From: Candidatus Woesearchaeota archaeon
GTDB lineage: Archaea; Nanobdellota; Nanobdellia; Woesearchaeales; JACPBO01
DNA: 37,733 bases
Direction of reading: 5' to 3'
NCBI GenBank assembly: GCA_016180285.1
Contig: JACPBO010000022.1
Coordinates: 1 to 37,733, forward strand
Shown here: positions 1-9,636 of the stretch, piece by piece
Numbering within the stretch: the first letter of the stretch is position 1
How the letters are laid out: each line of letters starts with the position of its first letter
The notes under the pieces: generated by a model
What the model was told of the DNA's origin: nothing
What the model saw: the letters and a program-made list of their open reading frames with translations, nothing else
Databases searched by the model: none
Position numbers and translations under genes: made by a program

Positions 1-295
1 CAGTTTCCAAGCACTAGAGGGAGCTAATTGTTTCTTTAATTTATTTTTTTACCATTTCAATAGAAATGGAGTCAACTCACAAGAGTTGACTTAACCCTAT
101 GAACTAAGTCAGTTTAGCGTTGTTCATCTTAACATTCTCCAGTCGTGAGTGGCAGTATGCTGTTCTTTTTGCTGGGCGCTCTACGATGCCATAAACAATA
201 TCAAACCCGGGACTCTGTCTTCATAAATATAATTTATCACTACTTAATAGTTAAATATAGAAAAGCTTAAATATGGGAGATATATATCTGCCAGT

Positions 296-1006
296 ATGGT
301 CATGGACTTTATTTCAACGAAATTAAAATGGGCTAGAAGAGCAATCAGCTATATAATGGCGCCAACACTTTTAGTTTTAGCTGCGGCTGTTTGCAGCGGA
401 GAGGAAAGCACGCCAGTAAAGGCGCCTGAAAATACCAAGGGGTATTCTCTTATTGTTATTGATCTTAAGGCGCATCCGAAATTCGGAGGAGATGTAGCCA
501 ATATCGGCTATATTATCAATAAAACAATGGAAAAAGGCATGCCAGTGGTTACTGTAGAAACACCTCCTGGCCGGATAACCCTTGACGGGTGGACAACCAA
601 TGAATCTTATAGGAGCAAGCTGGAAAAATATTTTAATAACACATTCATGAAAAAAGAAGGGCTGAATCATTGCGCTTTCAGCAGCGGCAGCTTAGACGCT
701 CTTCTTCAGGGATTCGGGCACAAAAACCTGGTACTTGTGGGTGAAATTGGCGAGCATTGCGTCACAGAGGCAGCCAAATGCGCAATTGACAGAGGCTATG
801 AAGTTTACATGTCCGATGAAACATGCATAGACAGCCAAGACAAGTTATATTTTGATCCACCTAATGGAAAAAGGATTATGTACAATATAATGTCCACCAG
901 CCCGCTATCATATGCTGAAATCAATGTTTATAAAGATGTTATGTTGTGGGATCGATCTTCTAGCCTTGATTTTCAACGGCTGTTAAATTTGATAAATGCA
1001 AATTAA
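296..1006 (+). CDS. Isochorismatase/cysteine hydrolase family protein with N-terminal signal-like segment
   Basis: LIVIDL, K..(NHC)AF, LVLVGEIGEHCVTEAAKCAIDRGYEVY match cysteine-hydrolase motifs; hydrophobic N-terminal stretch LLVLAAAVC. Confidence 0.7.
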   Translation: MVMDFISTKLKWARRAISYIMAPTLLVLAAAVCSGEESTPVKAPENTKGYSLIVIDLKAHPKFGGDVANIGYIINKTMEKGMPVVTVETPPGRITLDGWTTNESYRSKLEKYFNNTFMKKEGLNHCAFSSGSLDALLQGFGHKNLVLVGEIGEHCVTEAAKCAIDRGYEVYMSDETCIDSQDKLYFDPPNGKRIMYNIMSTSPLSYAEINVYKDVMLWDRSSSLDFQRLLNLINAN

Positions 1007-1070
1007 GGCATTAGAATTGCGCGCTACGTCATCACAATATTATAAAGAAAAACTAAATCATCATAGGATT

Positions 1071-1547
1071 TCAATCTTTTTTCTTTAAAAAGTGAACTAT
1101 TAAAATCAAAACTCCTATTGTAACAGCAGAATCCGCAACATTGAACGCAGGCCATACTCTGAAGTCAATGAAATCAACAACATAGCCCAAAAATATCCTG
1201 TCAATTAGGTTGCCAACTGCGCCGCCGAGGATCAGAGATAAGGCAATGGCTGTTGTTTTATTTTTTATTATTTTGTCATAATTATACAGAATAACTCCAA
1301 TTACGATTACAGAGGTCCAAATCAAAACAGAATTAAAATTCCTGAACAATCCAAACCCCGCGCCCGTGTTCTGAATATGGGTGAAATAGGCGATGTTCTT
1401 TATTATAGGCAGGGATTGGCTTAATGCCAGATAATTTTTAATTAAGAATTTTGTGATTTGGTCAAAAAGAACAACCAAGATGGGCATTAAAAAAAACATT
1501 AGAGAACTGTTTGCGTCTTTTTTGTCTTCTTTCTGAATTTTTTTCAT
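1071..1547 (-). CDS. lspA: Signal peptidase II (lipoprotein signal peptidase)
   Basis: DQITK, NTGAGFG, GGAVGNLIDRI, VVDFID, WPAFNVADSAVTIG motifs; start moved to ATG 1547, downstream of a TATA-like run. Confidence 0.93.
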   Translation of the reverse strand: MKKIQKEDKKDANSSLMFFLMPILVVLFDQITKFLIKNYLALSQSLPIIKNIAYFTHIQNTGAGFGLFRNFNSVLIWTSVIVIGVILYNYDKIIKNKTTAIALSLILGGAVGNLIDRIFLGYVVDFIDFRVWPAFNVADSAVTIGVLILIVHFLKKKD

Positions 1548-1638
1548 TATTTGTTTTATTTTCAATATACTATAAAAAACTTTCTCTAAATTAAGGATTG
1601 AAAGACGAAATCTCAACATTTATAAATCCAAGCCATTT

Positions 1639-2412
1639 ATGCCTGCTATGCCGATAAAAAAGAAATGCGATATCTGCGCAAAAGATGTTTCTCTTAACAG
1701 GTTATTTGAGGCTGAAATTATAGCGCCTGAGTTGCTGGATCATATCAGGAATTCCCTGCCTTACATAACCACAAAAAGCGCTATATGCGACGAATGCCTT
1801 GAAAATTCAAGATATAAATATGTGAGCCATATTCTTGAAGAAGGCAAAAATGGAATTACAAAGCTCGAAAAAGAAGTAGCAAGAAGCATCAGGCGGCATA
1901 ATGCGCTCTCGCAGGACATTGAAAAAGAATTTCAAAAAGAGCTTACGTTTGGCGAAAAAATTGCTGATAAGGTTGCAGAAGTTGGCGGAAGCTGGAGATT
2001 TATATTCGGTTTTTTGGCATTTATAGCTTTATGGATTATCGTTAATCTGATCTTTTTAGCTGCCGGGGCATTTGACCCTTTTCCATTCATTCTTTTAAAC
2101 CTGGCGTTATCCTGCATTGCTGCCCTCCAAGCTCCTGTTATTATGATGAGCCAGAAAAGGCAGGAAGAAAGAGACAGGTTAAGGGCGCAGATGGATTATA
2201 AAGTCAATCTCAAAGCAGAATTAGAGATCCAGCATTTGCATGAAAAGCTTGACTTGCTGTTAAAGCACCAATGGGGCAGATTGATGGAGATACAAAGAAT
2301 GCAGGTGGAAATGCTGTCAAATAAAAACATTAAAGCTCCGAAGGAGCAGTTTAATGGAAATGTAAAAAGCGCAGATGCAAGCCCGCCTGAGAAAAATGTC
2401 AGAAATGTTTAA
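1639..2412 (+). CDS. DUF1003 family membrane protein
   Basis: TFGEKIADKVAEVGGSWRFI, FDPFPFILLNLALSCIAALQAPVIMMSQKRQEERDR; two N-terminal CxxC pairs. Confidence 0.88.
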   Translation: MPAMPIKKKCDICAKDVSLNRLFEAEIIAPELLDHIRNSLPYITTKSAICDECLENSRYKYVSHILEEGKNGITKLEKEVARSIRRHNALSQDIEKEFQKELTFGEKIADKVAEVGGSWRFIFGFLAFIALWIIVNLIFLAAGAFDPFPFILLNLALSCIAALQAPVIMMSQKRQEERDRLRAQMDYKVNLKAELEIQHLHEKLDLLLKHQWGRLMEIQRMQVEMLSNKNIKAPKEQFNGNVKSADASPPEKNVRNV

Positions 2413-2442
2413 TCAGTTTAAACTAGTGGCATGCCTTTAAAT

Positions 2443-2691
2443 TCAATCATAAATATTTCTTCTATGGCCCACTTTCAAAATTTGAATTTTATTGCCTTCA
2501 ATTTCAAAAATAACCCTGTAATCGCCCACCCTTAACCTATATCCTTCAGTTCCCTTCAGCTTCTTAATATCTTTTAAATAAGGATCCTCAGACAGCTCTG
2601 AAACTTTTTTTTCGATTCTTCTATGGATGGATGCCTCAAGTTTTTTTAACTCATCATAGGCTTTTTCATCCCATATTATGCTGAAATGCAT
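2443..2691 (-). CDS. Type II toxin, RelE/ParE family
   Basis: KKLKG...YRLRVGDYRVIFEI...ILKVGHRRNIY; 82 aa; overlaps upstream small gene by 1 nt. Confidence 0.9.
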   Translation of the reverse strand: MHFSIIWDEKAYDELKKLEASIHRRIEKKVSELSEDPYLKDIKKLKGTEGYRLRVGDYRVIFEIEGNKIQILKVGHRRNIYD

Positions 2692-2909
2692 TACAAACCA
2701 AGCCTCGTTTTAACTTCCTCATGAGTTATAAATTTCCCGGCTTTTATTCTTTTTCTTGCCTCTTCTATTTCTTTCTTAGTTTTTTCATTTAATTCAAGAT
2801 CATCTTCAAGCATCCTTTCTATTATTTCATTGTACGTATCCCTTTTGAAGAGCTTCATGCTTTCCAATATTGTTTTTACATTATTTGATATTTGTATTGT
2901 TGTGGTCAT
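2691..2909 (-). CDS. Putative antitoxin of the RelE toxin
   Basis: 72 aa, MTTTIQIS...ribbon-helix-helix-like N-terminus, C-terminal GKFITHEEVKTRLGL; coupled to RelE gene. Confidence 0.75.
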   Translation of the reverse strand: MTTTIQISNNVKTILESMKLFKRDTYNEIIERMLEDDLELNEKTKKEIEEARKRIKAGKFITHEEVKTRLGL

Positions 2910-2978
2910 TTTATATAGCCTCCTGTAGAGTGCTATAACTGGCTATAATATATAAACCTTACGGATTTTAAGAAAAAT

Positions 2979-3398
2979 TTACCATCCTTTCTTGAACTTA
3001 TACCCTTCATCGCCCTGTATCAGCCTTTCAACTGTCTTGAGCCTTTGGTCAATTGCATCAAGCGTTGCTTTAATCGCATCAAGCTTGCTTGCTAATAAGT
3101 CTATGTCCCGGTTTGTGCCTGTCGGCTGCTGATATGGCTGTGAAGATCCAAACTGCCTCTGTGTTGCTGATGAAGGAACAGAAGCAAAAGACTGCCCCAT
3201 AGATTGCTGCGGATAAGGTGAAAATGCTTCAGGAGCTGAGGCATTCTGGCCATAAGACGGCAAGCCAAGATCATCCCTCTGCTGAGGCGGATATCCCTGG
3301 TCAAAACCCTGTCCAAAGTCCTGGCCTAAATCAGCTGCAAGATCCTTGCTGAAATCTGCTGCCTCCTCTTTCTTCCTTCCGAACCACAGAAAAGCCAT
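2979..3398 (-). CDS. Hypothetical protein, disordered Q/P/S-rich middle and C-terminal coiled coil
   Basis: GAGGTG RBS before ATG 3398; C-terminal heptads DIDLLASKLDAIKATLDAIDQRLKTVE. Confidence 0.7.
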   Translation of the reverse strand: MAFLWFGRKKEEAADFSKDLAADLGQDFGQGFDQGYPPQQRDDLGLPSYGQNASAPEAFSPYPQQSMGQSFASVPSSATQRQFGSSQPYQQPTGTNRDIDLLASKLDAIKATLDAIDQRLKTVERLIQGDEGYKFKKGW

Positions 3399-3466
3399 AA
3401 ACACCTCTTTTAGTGGTTTAATTTGTTTTTATTATTTAAATTTGTTGGTTTTTATGCATATTAAAA

Positions 3467-4036
3467 TTAGCCAATTACCGCTAATCCGCCCCGTGCATTC
3501 AATAAATTTGTCTGCCTTTTTGAGAATTCGAGCAGATCATCCAGTGTTTTTTTCTCTTTATTGGATAAAATGCCATTTTGTGCATCAGCAACCCTAATAT
3601 CATGCACAATTTCAGGAATAACCATGTCAACAAAATTATACGCATCTATTAAATTTTTAGATTTAGAAAAAACAGAAAGGTAATGCGAGACAAGCCTATC
3701 TTTCAGCGCCTCAATATTTTTAATATAGCCATATCCCGCCTCGATATATTCCTGAGCTTCATTTAATACCGATAATTCTTCCAACAGAATATATGCTTTG
3801 TTGCCCTCATGATCAGTTAATGGCTTTTCAGGAACAGCAGCAATTCCGCCATCAACTTCTTCTAACTGAAACTTCATCGACTTTAATGCCGCAACTATGC
3901 ACTCACGATGAGCGTTGATTCTGTCATAATCATATCTTAAGCAATATAAAATGCCTCCGCCCCTATCAGGATTTTTTTCTGCGAGATTGAACCGTTCCCA
4001 TAAAGTTTTAGCCATTTTGCCCCTCTCAGAACCCAT
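3467..4036 (-). CDS. Hypothetical protein
   Basis: 189-aa ORF co-oriented with neighbours; no recognised motif. Confidence 0.6.
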   Translation of the reverse strand: MGSERGKMAKTLWERFNLAEKNPDRGGGILYCLRYDYDRINAHRECIVAALKSMKFQLEEVDGGIAAVPEKPLTDHEGNKAYILLEELSVLNEAQEYIEAGYGYIKNIEALKDRLVSHYLSVFSKSKNLIDAYNFVDMVIPEIVHDIRVADAQNGILSNKEKKTLDDLLEFSKRQTNLLNARGGLAVIG

Positions 4037-4089
4037 GCTGAGGTCACGACCACCTCTTTATTTATGAAAATATATTCTAATTTAAAAAC

Positions 4090-4800
4090 TTATCGAATTT
4101 GACAACTTCTGCAAAGCTTATTTATGGGGCATTCTGTGCATATCGGAATCTTTTTGCAGTAATTCTTCCCCAATTCAACCAGTAATGCATGGTATTCATT
4201 GAAAACTTTTATTTTTTCATTGTTATTTTTTATGTTTAAATTTTTTAAAAAAACATCCTGCAGTTCGTCATACTTTATTTGTTCTTTAGCATTAAAAATC
4301 CTTGAATAAATCCTTTTTGTGTAGGCATCAATTACAAAGATTGGCTTCTGGAAAGCGTACAGAATGATGGAATCAGCTGTTTCTGGCCCGATGCCATTTA
4401 CTGGCAATAGTTTTTTTCTTAACTCTTCTGGCGGTAATTTTTTTAATTTTTCCATAGAATTCATTGATAAAAAATCAGCCATTATCTTCAGTCTTTCTGC
4501 TTTCTGGTTGTAATAGCCTGAAGGCCTGATCAGCTCCGCTAATCTGCCTTTTTTTATTTTTTTCAGTTTTTCAAGGTCAATTAACTTATTTTTACTCAGA
4601 TTATAAAGCGCTTTCTCAACATTCTTCCAGCTTGTATTTTGGGTAAGTATTGCTCCGATTACGATCTCAAGCCTGTGCTTGTCATTTCTGGGATCTCCTG
4701 AATGATGCATTGTTTTATGGCCAGAAATGGTCAAAGGCCACCAGCCCTGCGGGCCGAAAGATGAGTGAAGTTTGTTGTAAATTAGTTGTATTTGGCTCAT
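4090..4800 (-). CDS. HhH-GPD endonuclease III-like DNA glycosylase with 4Fe-4S cluster
   Basis: GAILTQNTSW, GIGPETADSI, VIDAYTKR, C-x6-C-x2-C-x5-C (CKKIPICTECPINKLC). Confidence 0.9.
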   Translation of the reverse strand: MSQIQLIYNKLHSSFGPQGWWPLTISGHKTMHHSGDPRNDKHRLEIVIGAILTQNTSWKNVEKALYNLSKNKLIDLEKLKKIKKGRLAELIRPSGYYNQKAERLKIMADFLSMNSMEKLKKLPPEELRKKLLPVNGIGPETADSIILYAFQKPIFVIDAYTKRIYSRIFNAKEQIKYDELQDVFLKNLNIKNNNEKIKVFNEYHALLVELGKNYCKKIPICTECPINKLCRSCQIR

Positions 4801-4828
4801 AAAATAAAAAAATAAGGATTAGTATTTA

Positions 4829-5647
4829 TTATTTTTGCTTGATCATCTGCCAAAATCTTCCTGGTTGACTGAATCTGCTGTGAAAATAAGATTCACTCCA
4901 ATATTTTAATTCGCCATTTATTTTCTCTTCAGGGTTTATGTTTCTGATATTCTCGATCATTCTATATTTGTCGAGTTCTTCTTTATTCCCCGAAAAAACA
5001 GACATAATATCAGGATAGACTGCTGATAAAGAGGCCATCAAAATAAATTTTTCAAAATCGTCCCCTTTTTCCATAGTGTGCCTTTTTAAAATCCGATAAG
5101 ATCCTAAAAATTTCTTTGCTGCCCTATGGTTTTCGCGATTTAAATCAGTGCCGCATGACCTATGGTCTGCAAAAGGAACTTTCTCTTTTTTCCTTTTTAA
5201 GTCTAAATACGCCATCATGTTCTGCATTAATTCTTCAACTAAGGGCTTGTCATTTTTAATTAAATAACAAGATTTGTCATGAGAGGCCAGTAAAAAACAT
5301 AATGCTCTTTTTTTATCAAGATTATAAGGATATGCTACGGGAATATCTCCGTCATATTTGGGTTTTTTCAATACAAATATTCCTTTATATGCAAGAAAGA
5401 TTTTACCGTTGCCTTCCTCCATTAGTTCTTCAATATCACCTATATATTCTCCAGTTTTTTCTTTTGTTTCTTTTTCTAGCTTTTCAATTAGTCCGCATTC
5501 TTTTATTCTATTTTTTAAGGATGTTATCATCTTGTGAGGATCGTCAACAAAAAATAGACTTTTCTCATTAGAATATTCAGGACCAACAAAGTTAGCTTCT
5601 TTAACATTAAAGAGGTCTTCTTTTAAATTCTTTTTAGTTTTTGTCAT
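4829..5647 (-). CDS. Hypothetical protein
   Basis: 272-aa ORF, no recognised motif. Confidence 0.6.
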   Translation of the reverse strand: MTKTKKNLKEDLFNVKEANFVGPEYSNEKSLFFVDDPHKMITSLKNRIKECGLIEKLEKETKEKTGEYIGDIEELMEEGNGKIFLAYKGIFVLKKPKYDGDIPVAYPYNLDKKRALCFLLASHDKSCYLIKNDKPLVEELMQNMMAYLDLKRKKEKVPFADHRSCGTDLNRENHRAAKKFLGSYRILKRHTMEKGDDFEKFILMASLSAVYPDIMSVFSGNKEELDKYRMIENIRNINPEEKINGELKYWSESYFHSRFSQPGRFWQMIKQK

Positions 5648-5752
5648 TTTGTCAAACCTTAAGTTAGTTGTTCAAAACTAAAGTTTCATTTTAAAAAGGT
5701 TTATTCACCGCTATTTAAATCTTTCTATTTCTTAACCACTTAAAAGTAACAC

Positions 5753-6133
5753 TTAAGAAATCAGCACAGCATCAACTGATCCATTCTGCCCAGGCCTTGA
5801 CATGATCCTTGCCTTGCCTGCCTCTGTGTCTATGATCGTTCCTTTTGTCATTATATTCCTTCTTACATAGTGCCTATTTGCAGGATTCTCTGTTATTGTC
5901 TTTATCTTAGCTTTGACATATTTTTTTGTTTTCGGGTCATAAACATTTGCAATGTCAGTTGAAAGAAGCCTCTGCTTTATCATTCCGCCCATAGCCCTGA
6001 CTATTCTTTTTCTCAACTCGCCTAATTTTGTCAAAGAAGGCTCTCTAGCTAGCTCATGCAGCTTTTTCTTCCTGTAATCCTTGATTCTTCCGCCGCTCGC
6101 TTTTGTATTGGATCTGAATTGCGTCAATGCCAT
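5753..6133 (-). CDS. rps8e: 30S ribosomal protein S8e
   Basis: SGGR..YRKKKLHEL, VRAMGG, ENPANRHYVRRNIMTKGTII, SRPGQNGSVDAVL. Confidence 0.97.
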   Translation of the reverse strand: MALTQFRSNTKASGGRIKDYRKKKLHELAREPSLTKLGELRKRIVRAMGGMIKQRLLSTDIANVYDPKTKKYVKAKIKTITENPANRHYVRRNIMTKGTIIDTEAGKARIMSRPGQNGSVDAVLIS

Positions 6134-6242
6134 AAACTGAGAAAAAGCGCCTTATTTATAAAGTTTTTGATTTATATTTTAATTACTTTATAAAAGTTAC
6201 AGATTAGAAAAATTTAAATAAGAGCCGCTTTTTTACTAATAT

Positions 6243-6797
6243 ATGACTAAAGCATTAATAACACTCGGATATCATTATGGAGAAATAGACTGGGGCAGGG
6301 CTGTCAGGGAAGAGTATTTAATAAGGAATCTTAAGGGAGACAGAAATATAGCTTTCCACGAAATTAAGGGTAGCAATGTCAAAACAGGAGACCACTGCAA
6401 GAGCTCCGAACGGGAAACTACAAGAAAAATCAAGGAAGAGTGCTTTGATCTTTTGCTGGACATTCATTGCGGTTTTGACACAGGATCAAGCTACTTGGAT
6501 AAAAAATATTATGGCATAGACTGCAATGTCATTGAAAGAGTAAGGTGCTTGGACAGCATTAAAACATACAAGAGTGAACCTGTGTTCGATGCTGAACTGA
6601 ACGAGTTCATATATGCCGGCATTCCAAATGCTTTGATCGATGCTTTTTTCTTTAAAAATGGGTTGTATACGGGCAGAGGCCTGAATGATACAAATTATTC
6701 AGAGCTAATAAAGATAGTCTCAGAAGAAGATCGTAAGAAATTATTGGAAGAAACTTTGGCTTTAATCAACAAGATATATGACGCGCATCAGAATTAA
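6243..6797 (+). CDS. Hypothetical protein, possibly M14/AstE-like Zn hydrolase
   Basis: GYHYGE (HxxE) and DLLLDIH resemble Zn-carboxypeptidase/desuccinylase motifs. Confidence 0.4.
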   Translation: MTKALITLGYHYGEIDWGRAVREEYLIRNLKGDRNIAFHEIKGSNVKTGDHCKSSERETTRKIKEECFDLLLDIHCGFDTGSSYLDKKYYGIDCNVIERVRCLDSIKTYKSEPVFDAELNEFIYAGIPNALIDAFFFKNGLYTGRGLNDTNYSELIKIVSEEDRKKLLEETLALINKIYDAHQN

Positions 6798-7321
6798 TTT
6801 TTATTCTCAACAACTTCAATAAGGCATCTGCATGGCAGCTTTCTCTTCGCCCTTGACAGCGCCTCTTTCCCTAATTTAAGATTCTGCTTGTCTGTTTTTA
6901 AAGTGAATATGATCTTGCCTTTCTTAACCTGAGCAGCTATGCCAACGGGCTTTCCAAAAGGCTTTGCCATTCCCTGGCTCATCCTGTCTGCTCCTGCTCC
7001 TGATGCAAGAGGATTCTCCCTCAAAATATGGTGGGGATACATTCTTATCTGGTAGAAATAGCCGCTTTTTCCCAGAGCTTCTTCAAGTATCTTGTTTGAG
7101 GATGCCCTTGCGCTTTCAATTGCATTGTGCCTTATCTGCAGGGAATCCTGCGAAATAAGGTTCATTGTAAGCTGGAATTTCTTGCTAACATCGCCCATAT
7201 TATACCTTACAACATGGCTTGTGGGTGAGGCTCTGACATAAGACAGCTTCCTGTATTTGCTCTTTCTTGTGTAAGGCCTTTCCAAAAACCTGTATGATAC
7301 GCCTTTTCTTAGCTTTGCCAT
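6794..7321 (-). CDS. rpl10e: 50S ribosomal protein L10e (uL16)
   Basis: RPYTR, QIRHNAIESAR, YPHHILREN, GAGADRMSQGMAKPFGKPVG. Confidence 0.97.
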   Translation of the reverse strand: MAKLRKGVSYRFLERPYTRKSKYRKLSYVRASPTSHVVRYNMGDVSKKFQLTMNLISQDSLQIRHNAIESARASSNKILEEALGKSGYFYQIRMYPHHILRENPLASGAGADRMSQGMAKPFGKPVGIAAQVKKGKIIFTLKTDKQNLKLGKEALSRAKRKLPCRCLIEVVENKN

Positions 7322-7419
7322 AATAAAAGAGATTTGGGAGTTGTTTTTAAATGTTTTGGTTTAACAAAAGCTAAAAATGAAGCGAAAGATTTATATATGC
7401 GTATCGGCATTATAGAAAT

Positions 7420-7581
7420 ATGCCGGAATCATCTTTAATGAGTTTGTTGCTGTATTTGGGTACCGGCGGGACTGCAATGTATTTATTTTTTGCAGGATTA
7501 ATAATGCTGGGCCTGACATTCTTCATGTTCCTGATTCTTTTTGAGGTCTATCAGTCAGCCAAAGAAACAGCATTGTCTTAA
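7420..7581 (+). CDS. Small membrane protein (53 aa), not in ORF track
   Basis: MPESSLMSLLLYLGTGGTAMYLFFAGLIMLGLTFFMFLILFEVYQSAKETALS*; TTTATATA at 7390-7397; stop 1 nt before ATG 7583. Confidence 0.6.
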   Translation: MPESSLMSLLLYLGTGGTAMYLFFAGLIMLGLTFFMFLILFEVYQSAKETALS

Positions 7582-7582
7582 A

Positions 7583-8278
7583 ATGATCCTTGTGTTTAAA
7601 ATCATTTTCCTGCTTATTCTTTTCGGTATAACTTTTGCATTCATTCCCAACTTCACATATGTTCAGGTTAAGAAGCTGCTGGTCTACCATAAATATAAAG
7701 ATGAAGCCTTTAAAAGAAGATTCCCCAAAGTTATGAAAGTTTACCTTACTGCGGGCTTGACCTTGGGAATAGTTTTTGCATTCCTAATGTCCCCGGCTTT
7801 AAATCCAAAAATAGAAGATACGCCCGGTAATAACTTTATCCCAAAAAATTACACTGAACTATTCAGCCTGTCTTTTTTGGTTTCTTTTTCTTTAGTGATA
7901 ATATTGAGAATATCCAGCCTGTTAAACAAGTCAAAAATATTGGCAAAAATTCTTTCTAAAAAAGCAAAGAAAGAACTGTTGGCAAGGTCAAATAAGGGCG
8001 ATTACAGCGGGTTAAAGAGAGAAATAGAATCCTTTTTATTTTCCCTTTTTCTTGCTTCCTTGCTCAGCATAATGGTTTACTTTTTCTATAGGCTGATTTT
8101 TGAGCCTCAGTCCTTAATACAATTGCCCTCTGTGCAGCTGACATTTCAAAATCTTGTGAATTACTTCCTTTTCGTTGTTTTATTTGTTATATCATTAGCC
8201 ATTATCACGGCAATCGGGGAAGGCTTATTGTCTTATTTTGGCGTCTACCCCAAATGCGATGAAGAATCGAGGGAATAA
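7583..8278 (+). CDS. Multi-pass membrane protein
   Basis: About five hydrophobic segments; ATG 7583 preferred over TTG 7541. Confidence 0.7.
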   Translation: MILVFKIIFLLILFGITFAFIPNFTYVQVKKLLVYHKYKDEAFKRRFPKVMKVYLTAGLTLGIVFAFLMSPALNPKIEDTPGNNFIPKNYTELFSLSFLVSFSLVIILRISSLLNKSKILAKILSKKAKKELLARSNKGDYSGLKREIESFLFSLFLASLLSIMVYFFYRLIFEPQSLIQLPSVQLTFQNLVNYFLFVVLFVISLAIITAIGEGLLSYFGVYPKCDEESRE

Positions 8279-8411
8279 TTCTGTGATTAATGCAGGCTAT
8301 GATTTGGGATTTCAGATAGTTTTATAAATAAATTGCCATTTCCGTGTTATGAGAAATGTGAGGAATTGCTTCCTTGAATCTCAAATAATTATCATAATAA
8401 TGGAGGCTTAA

Positions 8412-8987
8412 ATGGGAACTTACAAATATCTGAGGCAGTTGTGGAAGAAACCAACTGATGAATTAAAAATAATTCTAAGGCAGAGGCTTAATCAGTTCAG
8501 GGATGAGCCGGTTACAGTCAGGATCGAGCATCCTACAAGGCTTGACAGGGCAAGATCTCTGGGCTATAAGGCAAAGCCTGGGTTTATACTTGTAAGGCAA
8601 AGTGTTATGCGCCATGGAAGGCAAAGGCCCAAGACAAGGCATCCAAGAAGGCCAAAGCATTCTTCAGTAAGGAAAGATCTGGCAATGTCCTATCAGTGGA
8701 TTGCAGAGCAGAGGGCAGTCAAAAATTATCCTAATTGCGAGGTTCTTAATTCATACTTTGTAGCGAAAGACGGCCTGCATTACTGGTATGAAGTCATACT
8801 GGTTGACAGGGCTCATCCTCAGATAGCTGCTGATGACAGAATTAAGTGGATCATCAGCCAGAGAGGCAGGGTTTTCAGAGGCCTTACAGCAGCAGGCAAG
8901 AGAAGCAGGGGCTTATTAACCAATAAAGGCAAGGGAGCTGAAAAGCTAAGGCCAAGCCTGAGAGCGCATGACAGAAGGGCACATTAG
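8412..8987 (+). CDS. rpl15e: 50S ribosomal protein L15e
   Basis: MGTYKY, PTRLDRARSLGYKAKPG, EVLNSY, YEVILVD, RGRVFRGLTAAGKRSRGL. Confidence 0.97.
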   Translation: MGTYKYLRQLWKKPTDELKIILRQRLNQFRDEPVTVRIEHPTRLDRARSLGYKAKPGFILVRQSVMRHGRQRPKTRHPRRPKHSSVRKDLAMSYQWIAEQRAVKNYPNCEVLNSYFVAKDGLHYWYEVILVDRAHPQIAADDRIKWIISQRGRVFRGLTAAGKRSRGLLTNKGKGAEKLRPSLRAHDRRAH

Positions 8988-9010
8988 AAAAATTTAAATA
9001 TCTGAATAAT

Positions 9011-9205
9011 ATGGGGAAAGATATGGTAAGCCTATATTGCAAAAAGTGCGGATACAGAATGGACAAGGAAAAGATGCCGGAGAGATGCCCTTATTGCGGC
9101 AAGATAGGCACTATGGCGAGGGTCAGGTCTGCGCAGGATCTTCTTAATGAGGCAGTAGATGAGGGAGAATTCTTTGAGATGGAAAGGGCGCAGAGGAAGA
9201 TATAA
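9011..9205 (+). CDS. Small zinc-ribbon protein
   Basis: CKKCG...CPYCG. Confidence 0.75.
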   Translation: MGKDMVSLYCKKCGYRMDKEKMPERCPYCGKIGTMARVRSAQDLLNEAVDEGEFFEMERAQRKI

Positions 9206-9236
9206 GTTTATATAGCTGTTCTTTCTTTTTTAGCTT

Positions 9237-9635
9237 ATGAAGCACGGCGTTGATTTCATCGGCGTTGGCGTAGGTGTGATTATTGTCAGAAATAACAAGA
9301 TTCTTCTTATGCTCAGAAAAAATCAAAGTGAGTGGAGCATCCCCGGCGGAAAAGTGGAATTGAACGAAAAATCAGGAGATACAGCAGTCAGGGAAATAAA
9401 AGAGGAGCTAGGCATTGATATAAAAATCAAAAAATTCCTTACCTTAACTGAAACTTTCAGCAACAAAATGCACTGGGTTTCAATAGTTTACATTGCAGAC
9501 ATTTTAAAAGGCGATCCAAGAATAATGGAGCCTGAAGAGCATGCTGATGTCAAGTGGTTTTCATTGGACGATCTTCCTGAAAATCATTTTCTTCCTTCAA
9601 AGTTAGCAATTGAATTTTATAAAAAGAATACGTGA
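9237..9635 (+). CDS. NUDIX hydrolase
   Basis: Nudix box GGKVELNEKSGDTAVREIKEELG. Confidence 0.92.
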   Translation: MKHGVDFIGVGVGVIIVRNNKILLMLRKNQSEWSIPGGKVELNEKSGDTAVREIKEELGIDIKIKKFLTLTETFSNKMHWVSIVYIADILKGDPRIMEPEEHADVKWFSLDDLPENHFLPSKLAIEFYKKNT

Positions 9636-9636
9636 G

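Noticed and set aside
1..56. Minus-strand gene start resembling S4e (KLKKQLAPSSAWKL)
   Set aside because: The nearby ATG is out of frame and hits a stop after four codons; too short to support
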